In this document: piece by piece, positions 34,057 to 44,300 of the stretch
How positions within the stretch are numbered: the first letter of the stretch is position 1
Layout: each line of letters opens with the position of its first letter
NCBI GenBank assembly: GCA_000002445.1
Contig: CP000070.1
Coordinates: forward strand, 1,696,001 to 1,760,000
Direction: 5' to 3'
Length of the DNA: 64,000 bases
From: Trypanosoma brucei
Taxonomy: Eukaryota
Notes under the pieces: generated by a model
Database searches by the model: none
What the model was told of the DNA's origin: nothing
The model's input: the letters and a program-made list of their open reading frames with translations, nothing else
Translations under genes and position numbers: made by a program

Positions 34057-35358
34057 TTAGTGTTGCCCCTGACACTCCACGCACACAAGAATACCAAACA
34101 CGTCAGACAACTGGCACACACCTGCGCCCGTCAGCAATGCACACGGGTAGTGATACGACCGCCTCCCGCAACGTGCACACGGCACAAGGCAAGTGCCAAT
34201 CTTTATGCGGCAGAAGCTACAAATAGTCTCGCTGTCACCTGCGTGCAAACTCTGAAGTACGGTAGCCGCAACATTCAATGTCAGAGCGTTTGCCCCCTCG
34301 ATTATGCGGCGCCGGAGCATACACCACTCCAGGCACGTCTGGTGCAGCAGCACTGCGGGGAGCTCCGAAGAAGGTCCCCCATCACTTTGTCCTCCGCACG
34401 CAGCACCCTCCCTCGTATTGACGTCCGATCCGTTGCTGAGGCTGGGGGAGGCCTGACCGAAGGCCCCGAAGCGCAGCTTCCACAGCGGACCTAATCTCAG
34501 CCCAAGCGTCCGTTGGCTAACCAAACGAACCTGCCCCTCGTTACAAGAAGGATCCATGGTGAGCACATGCCGCAGAAGCTTTGAAACCTGTTGACGATCA
34601 GATATGTCAAGACCACATAAAGCACATGTTCCCTGGTATACAAGTGCATAACCGCCCGCGCCCTCCACCCGTATGATACACCGCTCAACTTCCACACGAT
34701 AACTCTGCGGTTGGTGTTGTGGCGGTGGAAGCACCTCCTCTGCGGACGGCCATGTCTGCCGTTGAGCCTGCTGCTGCAGAGGTGGCATCGTAGTGGATAC
34801 AGGCTGAGATCGTCCCTCCCCCGCTATCGAGGGCTGCACGGTCGGGTCCCCCGCCATCTGACTCCCCAAACTCATTCCGTTCTCATGCAAATGCGTGAGC
34901 GGCGTCGACGGCGTCGAGGGTTCCGTCTCACCGGGATCTAGGGAACTGTTTGGAGCCGTTGCTTGCGGATCCGCTCCATTAACTCTGGGAAATGACGAAA
35001 CGGGTGCATTGTCGGTCGTTGGGGGAGCAAGCAACGCATTATTTGTGGCTTTCCCCCCACCCTTAGCAGCAACAGCAAAGGTGGTATCGCCTTGGCTGTG
35101 CGGAACGTCGGCAGCGCCGCCTAAGCTGCGCACAAAAGAAACCAACTTGGCAAGAGCTGGGAGCGGCCTGGCCTGCCGAATGTTCTGGACTGATGAGTTG
35201 CAGAGCGGGCACATCGGGCGGCCACTGATGCAACGATCAGCGCAGTTAGCGCAGTAAACGTGTCCGCACCTAAAGCACATAGGGCGATCCATAAGATCAA
35301 AGCATACGGGGCACGAAAGAGTCCCCTGCGCTAGCTCAAATAAAGCCCGGGCAGCCAT
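34057..35358 (-). CDS. Zinc-finger protein with an N-terminal RING (C3HC4) finger and a C-terminal Cys/His-rich PHD-like cluster.
   Basis: The RING is CPVCFDLMDRPMCFRCGHVYCANCADRC...CPLC. The C-terminal cluster is CSFCRIKIGTCLVPCARCGRRSYHYPCAL...CVECQ. Track codon 35382-35380 is TTG, so I re-set the start to ATG 35358-35356 (MAARALFEL...). Confidence 0.65.
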   Translation of the reverse strand: MAARALFELAQGTLSCPVCFDLMDRPMCFRCGHVYCANCADRCISGRPMCPLCNSSVQNIRQARPLPALAKLVSFVRSLGGAADVPHSQGDTTFAVAAKGGGKATNNALLAPPTTDNAPVSSFPRVNGADPQATAPNSSLDPGETEPSTPSTPLTHLHENGMSLGSQMAGDPTVQPSIAGEGRSQPVSTTMPPLQQQAQRQTWPSAEEVLPPPQHQPQSYRVEVERCIIRVEGAGGYALVYQGTCALCGLDISDRQQVSKLLRHVLTMDPSCNEGQVRLVSQRTLGLRLGPLWKLRFGAFGQASPSLSNGSDVNTREGAACGGQSDGGPSSELPAVLLHQTCLEWCMLRRRIIEGANALTLNVAATVLQSLHAGDSETICSFCRIKIGTCLVPCARCGRRSYHYPCALLTGAGVCQLSDVFGILVCVECQGQH

Positions 35359-35989
35359 GGGGGGAACAGTACGTGGCAACAAGCCAAATGCGTATGTAGA
35401 CGCTCCTCAGACTGGACAAAGCCTGCAAACGTGAAATGACAAGAATAAGACTATCCCCGCCAACCTTGTAGAACAGGTAAGCTGATGTTGTTCAACCGAG
35501 TCACCTCATACACTCCGTAGGTGGGGAATAAGGTCTCCTCAGCCTTCTTACTCCCGCCTGCGCAAAACAGTGGACCGAGGTGCGAATGCACGGAAGGGGG
35601 AAACTAGACGTGAAAGCACAACAAGTGAGTGAGCCTTCTGTCGTGCGATCTTTCCACCTTTTCCCCTTGTAATCTGGGACAGCTGAGAACAGGGGCTATG
35701 AAGATATTTCTAACCACAGGGTCGGGGAAGAAAGAGAAGAGATTTTCCATTTTACCTCTGCTGCAACGAACAACGAAAAAGTGAGACAAAAACGCCAGCA
35801 CGGGTCGGCATGGCATCGCCAAGCTGAATAGGTATATGTGAAAGAACGGGGAGGCAAACACACTTGGCAAAGCTGGCAGCCAAAAACCTTCCGCATGGCC
35901 ACGAAGGGACAAACATTTTGTAAACGTGAACATCACGACAAACCCCGCAGAACAGTTGTGAGAGAATTCAACTGAAGTTATGAGCTGCG

Positions 35990-36610
35990 TCACTCTTTCT
36001 TTGCTTTGGTCCGTTTGGGAGGGTCTCCCGCCTTCCCCACCAGTGATTGGGGCTTGACTGGGAGCTGCTTCCGCCGGCGGCGCTCCATGCGATTCTTCTG
36101 CCGTTCTAAATTAATTTGCCGCCTCACCTTCATCACCATTGATTTGAAAGCGCCGTGCAGCACACGAGTGGCATTTCCCTCCCCCTGCGGGAACCGTATC
36201 ATCAGTAAATTGCCACTCCGCACCAGCACAGAGCCGACGTATTCACGCCGCGTAGAGGGGCTTGCAGCAGGTGCTGGGAACCCATGCATCGTCAGGAGAG
36301 ACCGCTCCACATCACAGAGGCGCTCACGTCTCTTGGTTGCCTCCGTAAGCGTGACATTGTAGAATTCATCCATGGCAACAAGCCTCCCTTCATACACGTA
36401 GCCGTGGGTTGTCTCCACCTCGACACGCAGTGGTGCAGAGACAACACGAGCCTCAGCGGCCCTCGTCCCATCCTTCTCAGTTCCTGTCGGGCTCTCGCCC
36501 TGGCCTAATGACTGGTCATTACACTGCTGATGCATCTCAAGGAACTCTCTAATGACAGCAGCGGGTAAGGGGTCCTGTGACCTGGTCGGTCTACTCGCCT
36601 CTACCGACAT
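35990..36610 (-). CDS. Sm-fold (Sm/LSm-like) protein with an insertion between the Sm1 and Sm2 motifs and a basic C-terminal tail.
   Basis: Sm1-like block LRVEVETTHGYVYEGRLVAMDEFYNVTLTEA and Sm2-like block YVGSVLVRSGNLLMIRF are present. The tail is RRRRKQLP...KRTKAKKE. Track codon 36730-36728 is GTG; the first in-frame ATG is 36610-36608 (MSVEASRP...). Confidence 0.5.
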   Translation of the reverse strand: MSVEASRPTRSQDPLPAAVIREFLEMHQQCNDQSLGQGESPTGTEKDGTRAAEARVVSAPLRVEVETTHGYVYEGRLVAMDEFYNVTLTEATKRRERLCDVERSLLTMHGFPAPAASPSTRREYVGSVLVRSGNLLMIRFPQGEGNATRVLHGAFKSMVMKVRRQINLERQKNRMERRRRKQLPVKPQSLVGKAGDPPKRTKAKKE

Positions 36611-37199
36611 GATGTCGCACCACGCGTGTGCACAACCCTTTATACTGGTAGGTGATCCGGAGAAATGAAACCAATTTAAAAAAAAAGAAGTAGCATGAGT
36701 GACAACAAAAGGATAAGCAGTGGTGGCCACAATAGGGTGTCGGGACCGAAGAGAGGGGGTAGTAGCTGCAAATGAAAATAACCCCGGACGAAGTAAGGGA
36801 AAAAACGCGCAACTCTCTACAAGTGTAGTATGGATCTATCTATAAGCGACCACACCGATACATGCGTATATGCAACACCCGCTACCTCTGTGGAGGTGAG
36901 ACGACACATCAGAGGATCCTTTTTTCCCCCACCCGTCCACCGGTGCGAAAAAACCGAAGCAAATATATATAACCTCAAGAAGCCCGTCCCTTCCCGTCCC
37001 AATGTTGGCACCAACATCTAAGAAACACGTATTGTCTGAAACTTTTGCCGCACGCAGTGCGGCCATATTACAGCATTTGCGACGCGCAGCGATAGGGAGA
37101 CCTGATAGCTACCATGACGATTCGCCTCGTTTCTTTTGTGTTCAACGGCACAAAGACCGAAGCGAGACCCGATGCACACATCCACAGAAACAACAAGTC

Positions 37200-40106
37200 C
37201 TAAATCGGCATTTGGGTGGGACCTGTCATGTATGTGTTAGACCGAATGTCCAAGTAACACTTCAGAATCGGGTCAAACACAAGGTATTCATCAACCTTCT
37301 CCGCGGGCGCTCCTTGTCGGTGCTTTGAGCCATTACCGCAACTTGTCACTGCTGTGGGGTGGACAGCGGACACATAACCAGAAGATGCAAACGGTCCCCC
37401 AGAGTCACGCACTTCAGTCTCCCGTGTTGCTCGCTCCGCCGCGACGGCATTGGGGACCCCATTACGAACGGGCCGTCGCATCGTGCTGCGGCCTGACGAT
37501 GTAGGAAAAGGTGTCTGTTGTTGATGTCGGGAGTGCGCTGACGGGGTTGGCGAGAGAGGGGGAAGTGAGGCACAACGCGATACTAAGTCCTCCCGGCCCC
37601 TTGGTATGAAGTTACTGCAACTATTTCTGCGAGCAGTGTTCTCACAGTCGCCGAGGCCCCCGCGCCCGCTGTCAAGGACCATGAACCGGCGGTTTGGATC
37701 AAAGCCGGTGCCACCGGATGCGGGAGTTCTTCTATAATCTACTGCACTCAAGCTGCTCTCTTCATCCACACTGCAACCACACCGCTGTGAATGAAGCGGT
37801 GTAACAGTGGTCGTTGCCGTTCCTAAAGCAGAGTTGTATCGCTGGGAGCTGTGGAAAGTAACGACCGAATGATCCAACGATTGCGTCGGTGTCTGCGTTA
37901 ACGGTCCTTCGATAGCATCATTTGTCGCGAATGTCGATTGAGGCACCCCCGTCGGTGCAAACGCGGCATGCCCACCAAGTCGCCCGGCCCTGATTACTAC
38001 TCTGCCCTCATTTCGCCCCGATCTCTCCTCCACTGGTGTTGTTAGAAGAGAAGACGAAACCATAGGCGTATCCTTCTCCGCTTGCGGTGTGGCCCCAAGG
38101 TCGTTCCACTCCAGCGTTGGACCCTGTTCCCCCACCTCAGGTAGCGGAGATAATGAACCACCAGCGTCGAAGGAATCAAAACACAGTCGGTCTACGTTGT
38201 GAACGCTGCTGCGTGGTGCCATGGGGGGCTTTGCGTCAAGTTCAGGTGTGTTCTCCGCCGGGACAACGATCGCTGGATGATCACGGGAAGACGACATGCG
38301 AATGATGTTCACGGTAAAACGCTCGTCCTCATCGGTTTCATCACAGGTGGGGCTAGCACAGTTGTTGCAATTTTTACCCCCGCCTCTTACCTCCCTGGCG
38401 TCGGTCGAGTAAACAGGATCCGCGGCAACGCCACTGCCAGATGTGGCCCTTTTCGATTGCGACCGTTGCGAACAGGGTAGACGCTGTTGCACGCCGTGGT
38501 TGAAACTCGCTACCGTGGAAGTCATCTGCTCAGTGGAGGAATAAGAATGAGGTACCTCATTTTGAACTTCATTCCCCAGCCCATCATCGTCTATTCGCGG
38601 CACGCTAGCAGTTTCGCCCCGGCTGAGCGCGCTGTTTGAACCATAACTCCGGTCAGGATAAACTATGCTCTCACCAATTAGTTCCTGAATGCGTCTGACG
38701 CGTTCCCTCATCAAGTTGAGTGAATTCTGTCCTTCAGAAGCGCTGAACAGGTTTTGAGGGGTACTTTCCACATTTTCTATGGCACTCGACAAATGTAAAG
38801 GCTGCGATACCTTTGTGGCTTTCAACCCGCCTGTCTGCACTTGGGCTCTCCTCTCCAACGGGAGAGACCGAGAGCCTACCACCAGCCCCTGCTCTGCGAC
38901 AACGTGCACGTTCCCCCCGGCTCGCGGTACGGAGGAAAAGTTAGAATGTGCAAGCTGCTCTCGGGTCCGCCGATCCCCATCAAAATTAACTTCCGCGAAG
39001 GGAAAGTGGCGAGGATCATCCGCATGTGTAGATGGTCCTCCCCCACTAAAACGGTGACCATCCACACGAAGGGACGTGCCAGGGTGTCGCTGCTTGGCAA
39101 CTCTTGTTACAGAGTCTTTCGCAGAAAGAACGGCTAAAGGTGATGAGGTTTGAGCTACAGATGCTGCAACGGACGGCTGCGTGCGCGGGGGGCAAAGCGG
39201 TGGAGAGCCACTGCTGCCATTCTTAATTGGGGCAGGTGAAGCGAGTTGTTCGAACGCCTCAAATGGGCAGTAAGGTAGCTCCTCTGTGCCCCCTGTCGAT
39301 GCACACCCAATCCCCTGCGAAGGTAACTGCTGAGGCTCCGGTTGTGGCTCAACCAAGAAGTCCTCCTCACATGTACGGATGATCCGCCAATTGACCGGCA
39401 CCTCCTCCGGAAGTCGGAGAGAGAGTGGCCATTCTGCTGCGAGCACATCCTCTACAACGCCATCCTGATCTATTGGGGGCGTTTGTGGCATACCCAACAG
39501 ACGGCGGACACGACAAACGCTGCTGCAGGTTAGCGTGAACTGGAGCAGCTTACGAGACTGAAAAAGTTCGGGGGGCGAGACACGACCGCCCGAGTCCCCA
39601 TAAAGAGCAGCATGTATTCGGGGGACGTCGAACACAATGTTGGACCACACACGAGGAGTGGCACACTTCAGAGGAACCTTAACGTGCTGCGCGCAGCGCT
39701 GCAGCTTCTGAAAGCTGTTACTAAATATTATACGTCGCCTCCCCATCCTGTCCTGAAGAAGCAACTCGATCGTTAGAGTGAAACCGACGCGCGTGGGTTC
39801 CTCGCAGAATAACTGAAGTATAATCACACGTTGAGACGCCAGTGCCGAGCCATGACCCCCACTCTTTATCCCCGCACTACCGTGGCCACCCCTTGAGCGG
39901 GACGCGGTTGTCGCCAAGAAGGAGACGTGAGAAGACGGCGATATTCGAAGTAGTTGTGACCTTGTAGTTTTGTCATAGGAACAAGTGGCACTTCCACCCA
40001 CTATATCCAAAGCAGCAAGCGGTTTCGAGCCCTGTGGACTGTACAGTACATACGATGGCACGACTGTATCAGCCGCCGTCCCTGATGCGACAGTGTGCGC
40101 TTTCAT
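37200..40106 (-). CDS. Hypothetical 968-aa Ser/Pro-rich, largely low-complexity protein.
   Basis: ATG at 40106-40104. It is a long uninterrupted ORF with GC3-biased codons and no domain I recognise. Confidence 0.6.
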   Translation of the reverse strand: MKAHTVASGTAADTVVPSYVLYSPQGSKPLAALDIVGGSATCSYDKTTRSQLLRISPSSHVSFLATTASRSRGGHGSAGIKSGGHGSALASQRVIILQLFCEEPTRVGFTLTIELLLQDRMGRRRIIFSNSFQKLQRCAQHVKVPLKCATPRVWSNIVFDVPRIHAALYGDSGGRVSPPELFQSRKLLQFTLTCSSVCRVRRLLGMPQTPPIDQDGVVEDVLAAEWPLSLRLPEEVPVNWRIIRTCEEDFLVEPQPEPQQLPSQGIGCASTGGTEELPYCPFEAFEQLASPAPIKNGSSGSPPLCPPRTQPSVAASVAQTSSPLAVLSAKDSVTRVAKQRHPGTSLRVDGHRFSGGGPSTHADDPRHFPFAEVNFDGDRRTREQLAHSNFSSVPRAGGNVHVVAEQGLVVGSRSLPLERRAQVQTGGLKATKVSQPLHLSSAIENVESTPQNLFSASEGQNSLNLMRERVRRIQELIGESIVYPDRSYGSNSALSRGETASVPRIDDDGLGNEVQNEVPHSYSSTEQMTSTVASFNHGVQQRLPCSQRSQSKRATSGSGVAADPVYSTDAREVRGGGKNCNNCASPTCDETDEDERFTVNIIRMSSSRDHPAIVVPAENTPELDAKPPMAPRSSVHNVDRLCFDSFDAGGSLSPLPEVGEQGPTLEWNDLGATPQAEKDTPMVSSSLLTTPVEERSGRNEGRVVIRAGRLGGHAAFAPTGVPQSTFATNDAIEGPLTQTPTQSLDHSVVTFHSSQRYNSALGTATTTVTPLHSQRCGCSVDEESSLSAVDYRRTPASGGTGFDPNRRFMVLDSGRGGLGDCENTARRNSCSNFIPRGREDLVSRCASLPPLSPTPSAHSRHQQQTPFPTSSGRSTMRRPVRNGVPNAVAAERATRETEVRDSGGPFASSGYVSAVHPTAVTSCGNGSKHRQGAPAEKVDEYLVFDPILKCYLDIRSNTYMTGPTQMPI

Positions 40107-40570
40107 AGTTCAACTAACTAAACAGTGGTACTTTCCAGGGTATGCAATATATATGCTCGAACCCATACAAATATATATATATATATGCACGTATTCTAAT
40201 TGCTTCCCCACGGCAGAGGTTGCAGTCAAGGAAACACCGTACCAACGTCAATCCTGCCGCTCCTGTGGGGTACAAAGCGCTCAAGCGGAAGGAATAAAAG
40301 AAAATACAGGAGAAAGGGAGTAAGAGTCAACTGGTAAGGCCACCGCACGCGCGACCGGCTGCACAGCAGAAGGTGAAGCAAAGATTCTGGTGAAACGTGG
40401 GTCCAGCCCAGCAAAGGGCAAAGAAAAACGCGTGGTTACGCGCAATGTGAAATCCAAAGATTAAAAAAAAAAATTAGTCTGTAGCAAGTAACAAATGTAT
40501 GTGAGGACGAAAAGAAACAATAACAACACAGACACCAAGAATAGCAATGGCAGCAAAACCAAAAAAAATG

Positions 40571-41083
40571 TTATATGAAAATTTGCGGGTAAGCACCTCG
40601 CAGTTCAGAAATAAGCTGCTCTGTTGTTTTCCGTCTGGATAGCGGAGCATCTGCTCTGGTTGCGCTGAATCCTGCAGTAACATTCACCACACGAGAAGTC
40701 ATGGATGACCCTGCCAGCTCCACACTGCTCACCTCCTCCGCCGCATTATCATCGATACAATCGACGCCGCTAAACAGGGTGTACGGAATTAAATGAAGCC
40801 TTGTGGTACCCTCAATTTGCGTGATATATTGGCCGATAACCACCTCAGTTCCCATTTCCCACGCCGCTCCGTTGTCAGCCTCCACCATCATCTTAAAAAC
40901 TTTATTGGGAAGTAGTCCAGTACCAGACACAACACCGACTGCTTTACGGCTGATGCCATCGACAAGTGTTGCCCTATCGAAGTTGACGTACAGCCAACCA
41001 TTCATCCAGCGGCGTCGCTTTGGATTACACTTGTTCAAAGCGTATAAAACGTTGAATGAGGAAGCTTCATTAGCAACTGGCAT
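40571..41083 (-). CDS. Hypothetical 170-aa protein. The track ORF 40571..41299 is over-extended.
   Basis: Track codon 41299-41297 is TTG, and the extension reads through a 13-nt poly(T) tract on the coding strand. The first ATG (41083-41081) lies immediately 3' of that tract and gives MPVANEASSFNVLYALNK... Confidence 0.55.
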   Translation of the reverse strand: MPVANEASSFNVLYALNKCNPKRRRWMNGWLYVNFDRATLVDGISRKAVGVVSGTGLLPNKVFKMMVEADNGAAWEMGTEVVIGQYITQIEGTTRLHLIPYTLFSGVDCIDDNAAEEVSSVELAGSSMTSRVVNVTAGFSATRADAPLSRRKTTEQLISELRGAYPQIFI

Positions 41084-41100
41084 GTCTTGAAAAAAAAAAA
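41084..41100 (-). promoter_or_regulatory. Poly(T)13 polypyrimidine tract on the coding (minus) strand directly upstream of ATG 41083; a candidate trans-splicing signal.
   Basis: The plus strand shows A13 at 41088-41100 immediately 5' of the reverse-complemented start codon. Confidence 0.4.
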
Positions 41101-41335
41101 AAACAGAAAAGCAACGGAAAAAAGCGTACGAAGGGAAGAGATATCCAACGGTGACAAGACAAAAAAAAAGAGAGGAGAAATCTCCAATCAACTCACCAGG
41201 TGGCACCTCTACTTGCACTGATGATAATTGTGCTTTGCCGGGGAAACAAGAGAGTGTCCACAAGCAATCATGCGGATGGCACCCGCTCAACCGTTTCAAA
41301 ACTTATATACGCGGGTAATATGCTATGTTCAAAGG

Positions 41336-44300
41336 TCAAGCAGTGGAAGCCGCCTGTGGAGGAAAACGAACAGTCGAAGAGCCTAATTCTTCAGCACCGC
41401 CCGAGCAACTACACACTTGCGTAGTCATGGCCCACAATGGTTCAAGCATGAGGTTAACCTCCTGCTGCAGCTCCAGTAGGGCTTGCGCCGTTGTACGGGC
41501 ACTACATGCAGCTATCACCATAGGGACACGGGGGCTCCGTACGCTAGGGCCTGGCAACCATATGCCAGCCTGTGCAACCAAACTGGCGCCGTTGGAGGGG
41601 TTAACAACCACTCGACATTGACAGCCAAACGTTAACTCAACAAGCAGCTCTATCCGCCGCTTAATGTTGAGGCGAGGGCAATTATTATTCTCCCCCTTCC
41701 TCCACTGAAGTAGCGAAAGCAACCACCCCATCTCCTCCCTCGTGTGATTATCAACGTATTTCTCAACAGCCTCTGAGAGAAGCCGTGTTGAGACAAACAG
41801 AACGTGTCCCCCCGACGCCGGACGACCCCGACTCGCCCCTGCAAGATGGTTATACCCCGCAATACAATGCTGGTGGACGGAAACAATCCCTGTTTCTGCA
41901 GTCCGCCACCTCGTTCCATCACCGTCTTTACCGCCAGTCTCATCATTCTTTTCAGGAGTTAAAGTCCGGACGACTAAACGAACAACAACTGGTACATTAT
42001 TCCGATAATCCCCATCATCCTCACAGACCCTCTCGAAACGCAATGCAACTTTGCCGCCAACCGCTACCCCTAGTGCACCGTAGCAGGCGTGCCATACACT
42101 CTTTGCGTAGTTCGACGTCGGGTCCCACCGTGCAAAGCCACCACCACCGGTACTGCTATAATCCACAACACCTCCCCTGCCGTCCCGGCGCAGCGACAGC
42201 AGAAGAGAATCAACAGCTTCAATGTAAGCATGCGCCGCATGGGTTGCATTTCTAGTGATGACAAGTTCCGAGGTACGGTCTCCGTCTCCTGATGCCGTCA
42301 CCGATTGCACTGATTTCACTCTGCACTCAAACCCACCACCAAGTTCTTCAGCTCTTCGAGACACCGTTACGGTAAACCCAGAGGTTAAACCCAACAAAAA
42401 CAAGTCATTGGGGCGAAGTAGCAGCTCGCAGAGAGCCCTGTGTCGATCCAGTTGCTGCTGAAATTCTGGAAAATTACCCCGAAGGGCCTGCACAGCGGCG
42501 GCTGCCCAAGCGTCCCTTTTGGTACGCCCTCGTCCCACACCCAACAAAAAAAATGGTGACGCATGCGCAGAATTCTCGTAGATGGAAATTTTATGGATAT
42601 GCAAGCTGCACACAATCTCTCCCGCAGTCGTATCAGAAGTATATGTGCAATCGTACCTGCCCGCCACGCCCTGAAGCAGCTCACCCAGCAAATTAGCTGG
42701 TGTGTAGAAACGCGCATCAAAATGGGGAAACCCGTCGCGTGGGAGTAAAGGTGCGGCATCGGCAGCGACTTGCAACAAGGACTCAACGTTCAAGGCGCCA
42801 ACACCTGGCACAACGCGCGCGGCTATCCTCAGCGCCTCCCGGCATGCCAAACTAAGGGAGGGGATCACGCCACGGGATTCCTTCACAGTTGCGGTGGTTC
42901 GAATGTCGTATTGCGACACTAGCACCTCGACAACGCCCTCTACACAAGGCGATGAAGGAGCACCCGTACTCACGAAACAGACACGCGGCTGGGTTCGGGT
43001 TGTGGTTTCCAGCGCCTCCAGTAATGCCGCCACCTCCGAGTCGACATGCATATCAGTTGTAGCACAGTACCCAATCGCAGCGCCGCTGGTCTTCCCCCGC
43101 GTAACGCATCCTCCAGGCCGACGCGGAAAGTTATCACAATCGGGCATATTAAGCAGCACAGCAAGCTCGTTCACACGGCGGACCGCCTCCTCCACCGTAG
43201 GTGCATGTGTCTCGGCAAACAACACCCTCTGCCCCAAAAAGTCGTAGAACAACATGGCGCGTACGATATAGTCAGCTACCAACTGCACCTCTTCATCCTT
43301 TCCAAGAAGCCACCTCGCAGCACGGGTATCAATCTCAAAGCAACGAACCTGTGGTGGAGCCATAAACCAAGAGTGGAGAAGGAAGTCAATGGAGCGTCGT
43401 GCTGTTGGCGAGTTGAGTCCAATGAGAGGGACACTCACACGCCTGGGGAACACACGGTTATAGAGAGCAGAAACCACTAAAAACAGCAGTCGCAGTGGCC
43501 CTTTGTTCTTCTCATTGTCGGGTTGTACAGGAACCTTCTCACAGACACCATGCTGCGGCCCACTCTCCATTTCGACACGTAGATTTGTACCCCAGTGGGC
43601 AACGATGCGCGTGTAAACATCCACATCACCAAAGTTCCCGGCAGCTATTTGTCGCACGCGAAGCGGTACGTCATGGACTGCCTTCTGAAAGAACTCCAAG
43701 ACTGGAAATGAGCACTGTGGCAGACGTAATGCCAAACGAATGTCCTGCAACATCAGCAGCAGGTCCGGGCAATAGAAGGCTGACTGCTCATACTGTTGTT
43801 GCTGCACCGTATCCTGTACTGACAGCTGGAAGACCGTCGAGTCGGTTGTGCTCAACACCGTTCGCCATTTGGTCAAAGAACATCGATATAAAAAGTGACC
43901 AAATGTGTACATTAGATCTCGCACAACATGGCAGAGTTGCAAAGATTGCATCCCTAACGACTCAGAGGTAATGAGAAGCGCCTTATTAAGAACATCACCG
44001 GGTATTGACACCTCCGACACCTGTGCATCCCGGGAAAACAGTTCTCCAATGTGATCTAACAGCCAATTGTTCTGATCGTCCCGATGCTTTTGCAGTTCCC
44101 CATCAGATGTCCAGTAAACCGAAGGAGACCAAAGAGTAAAATCACGGTGGGTTGTGGTGCTATCTGGGGCAACAGCCGCCGCGGCGGTGCAAATAAGCCG
44201 CCAAATATTCCCCAACAAACCAACCTGAGCAAAAGACCTTCCATCCTGCGATTTACTTAGCTTCACCTGTTCCGCTTGCGTCCCAGAGCCGCTGGTTGCC

